From Lytechinus pictus (taxonomy: Eukaryota), in NCBI RefSeq assembly GCF_037042905.1, contig NC_087250.1, positions 23,190,001-23,254,000 of the forward strand: a stretch of DNA of 64,000 nucleotides. Reading direction: 5' to 3'. How positions within the stretch are numbered: the first letter of the stretch is position 1; each line of letters starts with the position of its first letter. Shown here piece after piece: positions 26,501 to 38,700 of this stretch. The position numbers and the translations under genes are program-made. The notes under the pieces were generated by a model. The model was given only the letters and a program-made list of their open reading frames with translations, did no database searches and had not been told where the DNA came from.

Positions 26501-28139
26501 TACTGTCACAAATGATCAAAGATAGTCTTTTTTTACCTGCTTTCATGTGCATTTAATGCTCATTTAGACACATTCCTTCATGCTTGATACATACACTAGA
26601 AAATATCATACAAATTTTTACATTGTATACATTATGCTTCACAATGAGAAAAATAGTTCTGTTGCATATTCTTAAAGATACCTTAGTCACATTTTGGATT
26701 CATTATCAATCCATATTGACAATTTACAACTTAAGGTTTACAGGTATTTTTTGCAATTCAATATTAACAGAACTAATATATGAAAAAGATACATTTTCAT
26801 CGATACTTCTACATAGCCCGCTTTGGATGACATTTTTCTGTTTATCTTTCATATACTATGGAAAGCCAACAAAGTCAACATATTTAATGCATGTTTGCTC
26901 AAATTTTTTTTAAAATATGAATGTATATCCATAAATTCATTGATTTCTTGACAGTTCGGCATGTTCTCCTTTGTTTACAATGGACATTTTGCAAATTTCC
27001 TGTAGAAAAAAAATATGACACTGGTTGATTTCCATAGAGTTACGATTGATTGGATCAATCGTAACTCTTTGTAAGATGGGGCCCAGGAGTATCTTTTTTT
27101 TCATTGCCCATCAACCAAAATTGCTTCATTGTATTACTTTAATAGGGCCCTGGGGAATTTTATGGGCTCTTTTCTTACCGCCCTTTCACATGGTAAAAAA
27201 TCAATTGTAACTTGAATGATGATTCCAATGAAAAATATGGCTAACAAAGAATTTTTAACACGTGTGAAACCGTACTAGAACATGATTAGAATCACGAACG
27301 CTAATCACAATCACGAATTCAATTTCCACTCTGGAGGTGAATTCCAGTGAAGTTTCATGCAAATTACTTCAGAATACAGACCTATGACTTACTGGGATAT
27401 TGTACATGGATATCATTTTTGACTGCCAATGTGGCATTACAATGAGCTTCAATTCTATGTCCGTATTCTGGAGGCGGGTTTATGGTCTAACTCTCCGGGC
27501 TAAAACTATGGGAAGCCAAAGGTGTCCAAATTTGTTCACATCTTATGTTTCTCATGTTAACTGTGCTCTTTTCTAATTCTTTAATGGTGAAGACATTTAT
27601 CTTATATTTCCTTCCAGGACAGTTAAGAATGAATTGAGTAAAATCAGCTGATATTATGAACCCCTACTGTAAAAGATTTATGTCACGAATCCTGGATCCG
27701 CCCCTGACTCTAAGGTCCGTATTCTGAACCCATGTTTAACTTAAACCGTGGTCTAACTCTGTGCTAAAACTGTGGGAAGCCAAAGGTGTCAAAATTTGTT
27801 CACATTGTATGTTTCTCATGTTAACTGTGCTCTTTCCTGATTCTTTGATGGTGAAGACATGCTACTACTGTAAAAAAATATTTTGCGCGTGCGCCATTAC
27901 ATCAGTCTCTTGGTATTCTCATTTTAAAATGTTTGTAACGAGTGTCTTCAAAATAAATTTAATCAACATTTAGCTTTATTTTATTCTTATTTTTATTTGA
28001 TTTATTGATTGTGAAAATGAAAAATTTAAATAACCATCCCCTGGCAACCGTTACTACAATAATTTGGCAACACTGCACAATCAACAACTAATAATGCGCG
28101 CTGCATGCAATTTAATTTACGCACGTTTGTTTTGGAATA

Positions 28140-28263
28140 TTCGGCCTCGACCCTTCCGGCCTTGTCCTTGTCCTCGGGTGGGTCGGCCTTGGCCTTGTGC
28201 TCGGGTGGGTCAGCCTTGGCCTTGTCCTAGGGTGATCCGGCCTTGGCCTCAGACACAACACTG
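28140..28263. repeat. GC-rich ~27-bp tandem repeat, probably a transposon subterminal end
   Basis: GGCCTTGGCCTTGTCCTCGGGTGGGTC units ending CAACACTG. Confidence 0.6.
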
Positions 28264-29159
28264 CCCGTGACACAAAGCCTAGCAACGATTGTACAACATT
28301 TCTCTACGATTGATTGCATTGACTACAATGTACAATCAATCGTGAAAATCAAGCGTACGATTGGTTACTGACATTTGTGTTATAGGACCCTGAAGCTACT
28401 AACTACCGAGGAAGGCAACACATAATCTAGGATTGCTGCACAATGTGCCCAAGAGCATCCAGTAGGCAGACTATGAGGGTTGCCCAGCATAGCAGCATTC
28501 AACACAAGGGCCTGTATTCTGATGTCCAATTTAACCTAGTTGATGGCCTAACTCTGAGACAAAATTATGGCAAGCCAAAAATCACAAAATTGATGTTTAC
28601 ATTGTATGTTTCCTATGTTTACTTAAACCCAATCCTCATGCTTTAAAAGGTGAAGAAAATTAATTTAGTCATTATTTCCAGACAGCTTTTAATACTGGTG
28701 TGTCAAATGAGCTAATAAATTGAACCTGTTCTACCAGAAATTTATGTCACAATTGGCTTTCAATAGTTCAATCAAAACGAAGTGGCCATGCATTTTAGAT
28801 GTTAATGTTGCTGGCTTTCCATAGTCATGGTCGATCCTATCAATTGCAACTCTTTGTAAGACAGTGCCGAGAATACAGGCCAAGGAGGCCATGCCTGAAT
28901 GGAGAATTCTTGACTGCATGGCGGTAGCATTAAGCCCAGTGCTGGCACACTATACAACAATTTTTTTCAGTAAATCCCATTTTGCATTAATATGACATTT
29001 CTAAGAAGCAAGATAATTTAATTTGAAGTTCAGCATAATGTTAGGAATAATAAAATCATAAGTTTGATTTGCAGCAAGCCATTTTTTCGGAGTAAAGTCC
29101 AAATCAGGTTCAAGTCGCAGGTGATGGTGATGTCATTGTGATTTGGAATTGATGTTGCT

Positions 29160-29165
29160 TTTATT
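29160..29165 (-). promoter_or_regulatory. Candidate NUP160 poly(A) signal AATAAA
   Basis: AATAAA on the minus strand ~490 nt after the stop; AT-rich context makes it weak evidence. Confidence 0.35.
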
Positions 29166-29657
29166 CCTACAGGAAGGCTTGAACTTGGCTTAATTTCGAT
29201 TTTAGTAGTCCTATCACAATTCTGAATTCTGATTGCTATAATTATAAATGTTCAAATCAAATGTTATTGCAATTTCTTTGAAATTCAGGTTGCTACGAAT
29301 CGCATGAACTGACCACTTAGCTTATAAGACTCTTGGCATTCCCGTCAGACATAAAAGATCGGAATGAGGTAAAGGTCAACATATATTCTAATAAAGTCAC
29401 TGGAATCTTTTAAACCAAATATCATACAATCGCAAAAATATCATCCAGAAGCCTTGTACCAGTAAGCAACCTGCTTGCCCGGTGATTCCCACAATTCAAC
29501 AAAGGTGGCAGAGTACAGACAAGACAAGACAAAGTATGCAATTATGACTGAAATAGCGTCAGAATCCGTGATTATAGATTGTGAATCCTAGTAAAGTCAC
29601 TAGCTGTCACCAACACTCTTGAATACTCTGATTAATATTGTTCATAAGAATGGCATC

Positions 29658-29765
29658 TCATCGTCCTATTTGCTGTTTCGTGTGAGCGATCGATATCATC
29701 TCCTTTGAGATCGATGCAGCGTTTCTGTGATACTCCTCCAGCTTGCTCTTCAGTACATTGTGAAG
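29658..29765 (-). CDS. NUP160: NUP160 last coding exon (LHNVLKSKLEEYHRNAASISKEMISIAHTKQQIGR*)
   Basis: cag acceptor after a pyrimidine tract; TGA at 29658-29660. Confidence 0.9.
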   Translation of the reverse strand, partial: LHNVLKSKLEEYHRNAASISKEMISIAHTKQQIGR

Positions 29766-32700
29766 CTGTTTAAGGAAAACAAAACAAAAGGAAGAAAAGA
29801 AAAAACAAAAAATAGGATAACTATTTCTCAATTTATCATGTAGTCAGATACACGCTTAATCGTAGAAGAGGTCTTTGGAACACCATATGGTGATTCGGGG
29901 TAGGACTATAAAATTGGATAGAGGTAGAGGTGAAATGGAAAAGAGATAAGAGGTTTGAGTTGTCAGGGAAATTTGAATAATTCAAACACATGACCAACTT
30001 CCACCCAGAAAATAAAATCATTTGTTCAATCTCAAATATAAGTCAGGACATATCATGGAACCATCAGGATTTGACGTCTCAATGGTCAACTCTGACTCCA
30101 AGGTTATCACTATCGGTCTCTCCGCTTAAAAAGGGACTTAAAATATTCTATTTGTGTGGGGGCATCGTGGTCTAGTGGATACCAATCTCGTCTTTCAATC
30201 CGAGGGACGTGGGTTCCATTTTAAGCCATTGAGTGTTTTCCTTCAGCAAGAAATTTAATAATAATAGGCATTTATATAGCACCATCTATCTAGAAATATA
30301 CTATTCTGAGGCGCGTTGTTATTATTATTTTTACCCTGGCTTTAGCTCGAGCTGCCTTTCAGCGCTCATGCATTCAAGGAATTAATCCTGCCGGGTACCC
30401 ATTCACCTCACCTGGGTCGAGTGCAGCACACACAATTTACCCACATTGTGCTGTACTCAACCCATGTGAGGTGAATGGGTAGGAATTTATTTCTTGACAC
30501 GCAGCACTCCTAACAGCTGCTCTGCTAAAGCCAGGGTATCATGCTGCCTTACTGTAGAACGCTTAGAGACTTCTGATAAGTGTTATATAAGTCTAATTAT
30601 TATTCTCTTCTACTTGTTGTCGGTAATTTCTGATATTCTAGGGAAAGCACAGTACATAAATAATCCAATTGCTTGCCAGGCAGTCAGTCTACCACCTAGT
30701 TTACTTGACTTACCTTGATAAGTTCTGGATCATTCCTAGTCTCTCTCAAGGCATTTAAAAGATGGTCTAACTGAGTATATGGAAGCCATACACTGGGATC
30801 TGTAGGGCGTATCGGGTTCTGAATAAAGAAAAACAAATGTTTAGACTCAATATGATCATCTTTATCATATATATTTTGAAAATTTGAAATTTGTCAAGGG
30901 GGGTCAAATGAATGAAAATTCATTAGGTGGGCTGATGATGTCATATCCCCACTTGTTCTTTTGTATTTTATTATATGAATTAAGGTTTATTTAAAAAATT
31001 TCTACCAAAAACTAAAACAATTTGATTAACAAGTGACTAAGTGCATTAGTTATTTCTTGCTGCATCATATTTCACCATAATGGAGACACATCATTTACGA
31101 AAAATTTATGAAAAAATAAAACATTCATGATTTCATGTAAAGACAAAAAGTGGGGACATGACGTCATCAGCCCATCTAATGAATATTCATGAAGACATGC
31201 CTAGAACTGTTTCACCAGAATAATGCAAATCTTTAAAATTCAATAACTCTGTTATTTGATATCCGATTTTGATGAAATTTTCAGCATTTTGCTCTGTGAA
31301 TTTTACTCTAATTATTTAGATATAAATATCTTCAGCCCCGACCATCCCTTTAAGTGGATCAAAATCTATGTTGGGAGCCTTTTGAGAGAACAAGAGAATA
31401 CTTATATCATTTGATGTATTGTAATCATCAGGACTTCCATTATTGTTATCAATACTTTATTTGCTTGTTTTCCTTACAATAATGAATAAATAATATGCGA
31501 TATTTATACAGCGCTTAATACAAATGTTTCTAGATGATGCATATTAAAATATTAGTAGTGGTAAAAGGAACCTGAAGAACATCCAATATTCATTATAGTA
31601 TGGAATGCTAAGAGCAAGATAAAATTCCATACCTTGAGACCGAAGTATTCTATTCCCCTTCCAAGGACTGCATCAATAAATTCAACTCCTAAATTGGCAG
31701 CTTCTTCCAAAAGGTCGAAAGTTATATAAAGGAAGAGCAGATTACCAGGGTCTAGTTTCTGTGGAACAAACATGTTAATTGTTTGGATCATATTCACAAA
31801 GACATACTACATTATTCTATTTCATTTATTCACATTCCTCAAGTGGAGAGAGTTTATATCAATATTTGCAATTAAATACAATTACTGCGAGACATATGAT
31901 ACAAAGCAAATTCACAAAATAGTGAGTTGTTTGTAGGGTACCTACTTGATTAGAAAATAGGATGATATAAAATATGGGAATTATTTTTGAATACTTCATT
32001 TTCTTATTTATTCATTAGTACGTACACATATTGGTCAGCAGCAGGGCTGAAAGGGCCAATTTACAATCTTATCACAAATTAAAAAAAACAGCTATAAGTA
32101 CAGTATCATTTTGTGGATTAATGAATGAATCGCATCATTATGGAAATCAACTTGCATGGAGATCTAATTATTTCGTGAAGTAATACAAAAAGATGGATAA
32201 GAGAAAAAAAAGTAATGGAGCGGGGGGAGATAGTAGTAGAAATGTATTGCAGAATTGAGAGAGTTGAAAGAGGGGGATAAAGGGAGGTTGGAGAGAAGAC
32301 AAAAACCAAGAAGCATTACAAAAACAGCATAAGCATATAACTTGATCACATTGATTGTTGGGGAGGAACTACAAAACAATTGTAAAATAAATCTCTTAGT
32401 ATTGTGATAGTAACTGTAGTAGAAATCTGTTTCTGTTTATGGTAACTCCCGTAGGAACTCGTAAGTAGACTTACGTAGTTTTGCCTTTTCATTTTCGTCA
32501 AAAATTGAAAAACTACTTTTGTAAGTCGACTTACGGAGTTCTGCCTTTAAATCTTCTGATATTCGAGACAATTTTACAAAAACTGGTTTTCGAATCTCAA
32601 AAAATGGCTAGAGTTAGAACTTTAAATTTTGCCAGATGAAAGAGCACATTTAAAACTATAAGAATATCCAAAAAACAGAAAAATACCAAAAAATGACTTA

Positions 32701-35700
32701 CACAGTTTTGCCAGATCACGGCCGAATTAATCTACAAGTTTTGTGAAATACATACCTTGTAGGAATTAATGACCCATTGTGGAAGATGAAAGCCAAGAGA
32801 GAGTAGTTTCTTGATCACAATCCTGTAATTCATATGGTCGCCCTTCTGATCGTACCTTTCTAGATAAGTCTGCAGGAGATGCCAGGCAAGTTCTGCAGCT
32901 CTACACAAGAAAATGAAGAGAAATATTATGAACATCACAGTGAACTGTTCTTATAAAATTTTGTAGGTGCTGACATAGTTAAGTCAGCTAATCTTATTTA
33001 ATTCATCCATATTTTCTGCTATTCCTAAGGCATAGATACCTTAGGGTATTATGTGATTATGAAGAACTGTACTATTATTATATATTATTATCTTGCTATC
33101 CAAGCAGAAGACATCATTCACCCTTGTTCTGAGCATTTTACTCTATGTAGAGTAAGTATTGACTAGATTCTATTTCGTTATTATCATAAATTTTATATCA
33201 ATTTTTTCTCTCTAGGAGATGCCAGGCAAGTTCTGCAGCTCTATGTGAGAAAAAAAAAATATATACTTAACAGCAAAGTGAACTAATTTTGAACCTTACA
33301 GGTGCTAACATAGTTAAAAGTCAGCTAATCTTACTTAAAGGGCTTGTCACATCGTCAGTGGGTTGTGGGTCAGTTGCGGGCAATCATCCGCAACTCAACC
33401 GCAAACACATTTTGAGCCATGTTTAAACTGCACTAATAGTATTTTTTATTATCTTGCTATTCAAGCAAGCTCATCCTCATTCTGAGCATTTTACTCTATG
33501 TAGAGTGAGTATTGACTAAATGCTATTCCATTATTACCATTTACTTTATATCCATATTTTTTTTCCTTCAAATTATGCAAATGAAGAGACAATTTGCCCT
33601 CATGTAACCTGAACATGTATACCTCCATGTGTTAAGAAATCCATTCACAAACAGGAAAAGCAGTTTGACAGTACTTACGTTGCTTCTCTGCCTAGGTTTA
33701 GGGAGCCGATGTCATTTGAAGCAAGCCATTTCCAGCTGCCGCTGTCTGCTCCGTTGCGGGATAGTTTTACACATCTAGGATGAAATAGCATACCAAAGAA
33801 TTGAATACTACATTCAGTATCATCGTTATTATCATTAACGTCAACATCATATTCATCATCATCATTATCATCTTCATCATCATCATCATCATCATGACCA
33901 TCATCATCACCATCATCACCACCACCACCACCATCATCATCACCACCACCATCATCATCATCATCACCATCATCACCATCATCACCACCATCATCATCAC
34001 CACCATCATCATCACCATCACATCTTACCTATGGGCCAGGCTTTCAAACACCGGAGTGAGAGGCAACCTGAATGTCTTGCAAACATCAATGGCTGTGTCA
34101 TAGAGCCCGCTGTTAACCAAGAAGCTCACTGTTTCATCAACCAACATCTTAGAAGCTGTGATAGAATGACAAACAAAGTAAAACACACAATGCACAGTTG
34201 TGACTTTCTTAGAGAATAATTAAGAATAAAGTCTATATCACAAATCTAAACCTGTGCATCATTTGCTTTATAAAACAAGGCCACAGTCTAAAGTTGTAGT
34301 AAAAAACTTGTTATAGCACCTACTGATTTTCATCGACTGCACAGGCAAAGAGGTCACATCTGGGGAACATTTCCTTAAAGGAATTGTCTGACGTTTTATC
34401 CGACAGTTACCACCATAGTAACAGTGCTTCTCAGCTAATCAAAATCAAGGAAAGTTGTCAGATCTCACAACTTGTTGCAGAAAAATGTTGATGAAATGCT
34501 ACTAACAACGCAAGTATAGTCAGTATGATATGTGCATTTAAGTGCACAAAAAATCTTGGTCATATACTGGCCATAAAGAGAGTTGCACAAAGTCAAATGA
34601 GATGCTTCAGCCAATGAAATGAAGGCTTACTTGTCACATGAGCCATATCAGGCTGGTGATTGGCTAGTTTGATCTTAGCAGATATCAGCTGGTACTCTTT
34701 CTCCAAATCGCCAAGCTCCAGAACATCGACTTTCCGCCTTGGAACTAAACAAAGAGAAATTGAAAAATTGAAAAAATTACTTAGAGGGTGACCAAATGTG
34801 ACAAAACCTCTAAATTTCTGATACTAAACACTATGGCCTGTATTCTGAACTCGGGTTTAAATTAAACCCTGGTTTAAAGTTGTGGTTTAACTATGGAGAG
34901 CCAATTGGAGCACAAATCCCTAACAGTACACATTCAATTTATTAACTGATATGACACCCAAATTATTTGTAATTGTCTGGAAATGATAACTGAAGTATTA
35001 TTCTTCATTATGAAAGCAAAAGGAAACAAAAAAGTAAACTAAAGAAATATACAATACAAACAGAATTTTTGACTCCCCATAATTTTAACACAGAGTTAGA
35101 CCATGGTCTAAGTTAAACCTGAATTCAGAATACGGGCCTCTGTGACACAGTCAAATCTGATTTAGTGATAACCTGTATAGAGAGACCATCTATCTATCAA
35201 GATCATCAGTTTGGTTTCCCTTAACACAAAAAAAACCTGCAGGTGGGCTGATTCAGCACCCCCCCCCCTCCCTCGTAAAACCATTTATTATAGACTTCAG
35301 TCTTTATTAATTCCTGACATAATGAAATAGGCTAATCATTAAATTAACAAATTCAAGTGAAACATCAACATTGCTGTTTCACCGGTAAATCAACAATTTT
35401 AATCCTCTAAATCATAGTGTTTATTGGTCTATTCATATATTTCTCATACATTGGCCATAAAAGGAAATAAGAAGCAATGAAGAAAAAATAATACGGTTGG
35501 TAATTTGAAGAACCAAAGTGTGATCGGGGACCCATAACACTTGGCTTATTGATTGATAATGGGGCTGATGTTAATAACTGATCAAGAAAAGAACAATATT
35601 AATGTTGCCAATTTGAAGAATAAGAACAGATCATGGCCATGTAACAAAGCTGATTTACCATGGGGCTGATATTTTACAATTAGTCATACACACTAATCAA

Positions 35701-38700
35701 TACAATCAATCATAGAAATCAGATCAACGATCAATGGCTCTGGTTTATGTTACAGATTTAAACCTGTGCATTATTTGCTTCATAAAGCAAATAATGTGGG
35801 CACGTCGTTGTCTAGTGGTTCTGACTCTCGCCTTCAAACAGAGGGTCGTGGGTTCGAATCGTAGCCATGGCGTGTTTTCCTTCAGCAAGAAATTTATCCA
35901 CACTGTGCTGCACTCGACCCAGGTGAGTCAAATGGGTACCAGCAGGAAGTAATTCCTCAAAAAGCTGTGCGCACCAGAATCAGTAGACTAGCTTAGCCAG
36001 GTTATAAACGAGTGCCTTGAGCACCTAGCAAGGTGGATACATGCGCTATACAAATCCTATATCATTATTATTTTATAAAACAGGGCCGCAGTATGGACTT
36101 GTAGTAGAAAATTCCTTAAAACCCCCTTTTAATTTTCATGGAAGGCATAGGCGAAGAGGTCATATCTGACTTCTATAATGACAACACAAGTATATTCAGT
36201 ATGTACGATGTGTGCCCGAGTATGGGCAAACAAAATCCTGGGCCCCATCTTACAAAGAGTTGTGATTTATCAGATCAATCACAACTATGGATGGCCAGCA
36301 AAGTCAACATCTAAAATCCATGGTTGTTCAAAATATTTTGTAGTTATGTGTAATCACACATTTCTCATTCTCGTGAAGATTCAGTTTGAATCTCTTTGTT
36401 TACTAAGGACACTCTGCACTTTTCCTCAAGGAAAAATTATGACATTGATGGATTTCCATATACTTGAGGTTGATCGGATCAATCATAACTCTTTGTAAGA
36501 CGGGACCCTGGGCCTGTCCCTGGATATCTTTTATATAGAGTACCGAAGTGATGACATCACAAAAATCTTATTTAGCATTTCAGCGTTTTTGATACCCTAT
36601 TTGGGTAGAGCATGATGAAAAACCCCCAGTTCCCAAATCTGGTGGGAATCGGTCCATGGGGGCCTTAGATATGAGCTCATGAATACATAATTAGCCCCAC
36701 TGAAGTCAGTGTATTATTGGTCATATCTTAGGCCCCCATGGACCGATTCCCACCAAACTTTGGTTGAAGGGGTTTTTCATCATGCCCTACCAAAATATGG
36801 TATCAAAAACGTTGAAATGCAAAAAGTGAAGATTGATGTCGTCACACTTCGGTACTTTATGACAGGGCCATGATATTTGAAATAATTCATAGCCCCGTAA
36901 CATAAAACTAAGCGATTGATTGCATTGATTACTGTGTATGATCAATCGCAAATACAAGCCCTGCAATCAATTACTAAGCTTTGTGTTACGGGGCCCTGAA
37001 TGGGTTCTATGTAGAAACCTACCAGGGTCACTGAGAGGGGTGCCTTCATAGTCTCTCTTGGGTGATAGCCCATTCATGTCCTCAGTTTTCTGCCATAAGA
37101 AAGGATAGTTACCAGTCTTTGTGAAAATATGAGCAGTGAAAAATGTACACATCATTAAAAAGCATGCATTGAAAGCACACATGTAGACTTTAAAAAAGTA
37201 AAGCCTTTGTCTTTGTTTCAAATTTTCTGACATGAGAAATGGTAATTACCAGTCTTTCTCAAATAAATTAGCAATGCACTCATTAAAAAAGTACATATTG
37301 AGACTTAAACAATGTCTTTGTATCCAGTTTTCTGCCATGAGGAAGGATAATCAACAGTCGTTTGATTAAACAAAAATGAACAATGTACTCATTAAAAAGT
37401 ACATATCTAAAGCACATTTGAAGACATACATAGAGTAAAACATATGTCTTTGCATTCAGTTTTCTGACATGAGAAAGGATAGTTACCAGTCTTTTGTCCA
37501 CACAAAAGAAAAAAAGAAAAACACACACTCTTGCATTTGATAAATCATCAGACAAAATCATTTCAAAAAGGGTTCTCATGATGAAAAAAAAATCTTATCA
37601 CTAAGAAATGGAAATTATTGAATTCATATCACATCAGGGTTCCCACAAAAATTTGAAAACAGAATTCCATGAATTTTCCATGACTAAATTGCTGCTTTCC
37701 ATGACTTCCCGTGACGTCCCGGGAGTTATGTAGAGTTTGGATATCACAAAACTGGGAAAAAATGGAAATCATGAACACCAATTACAATAGCAGAGTATGA
37801 TCACAGAGTATGAAAGTTGCGAGACACGACAAACTGGAGAGCTGCCATAGCCAAGAGGTAAATGCAATTCCATGCAGACCTGCCAACCTCTGGGAATGGA
37901 AAATTGTATTCTGTGATAAAAACAAATGTATTTTTCCCCAAAAAAGTGTATTTCATGATAAAATGCTTGGCGCACTCGCTCCACGCGGCGCTCAAGCTGC
38001 ATGCAAGCTTAAATGAGCACTGCTCTTGCAGATGAAAAAATAAAACAAGAAACATGTGTATATCTCACCCTGGTTTTAACAAAATGATTGAAAAAAAAAA
38101 CAAGTTACCTGAAATTACATTGATCTAATAACCATATTTGTGTACGTTTTATGAAATAGAGACATATAGAGATGATTTTTCTCAATAAATTACGATTTTG
38201 TAAAAAAAAAAAAATTTTAAAAGAAAAAATCGTACTGCCTTATTTTGGTAGCAAAAACGTACTAAATACGCCTAAAACGTACTGGTTGGCAGGTCTGTCC
38301 ATGACTTTTCACAAATTTTCCAGATTCCCCGACTTTCCATGACCATGACTGTGGGAACCCTGTACATCTATATGAATTATTCATCTTCTTGTTAACTTAC
38401 AATGCCTTCCATTTCGCTGACTGCAGGCTTGACAATCCAAGCATTATCTGGGTGTAGTAACCTAAGTGAATTCATGGCAGTGAGGTAGCAGCGTTCTTGT
38501 CTATTCAGGCTTTCCACTCCGACGATCTCCTGAGCCAGTCGGGTCGCTTGCTCGTACATGACGCTACCAGCTGACAGAAGAGAATTTACAAAAGAGAATT
38601 ATAGAGAAGTTAAGAATAATTGGCGGTAATGGAATGTTAAATTGGCGGTATATTGCCACTTCGTCCACTGCCAACTTGTCCACTCATCACATGGTCTACC

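Noticed and set aside
35798..35870. tRNA gene (also 58515-58580, 30158-30230)
   Set aside because: A/B boxes run into SINE bodies; no intact cloverleaf seen.
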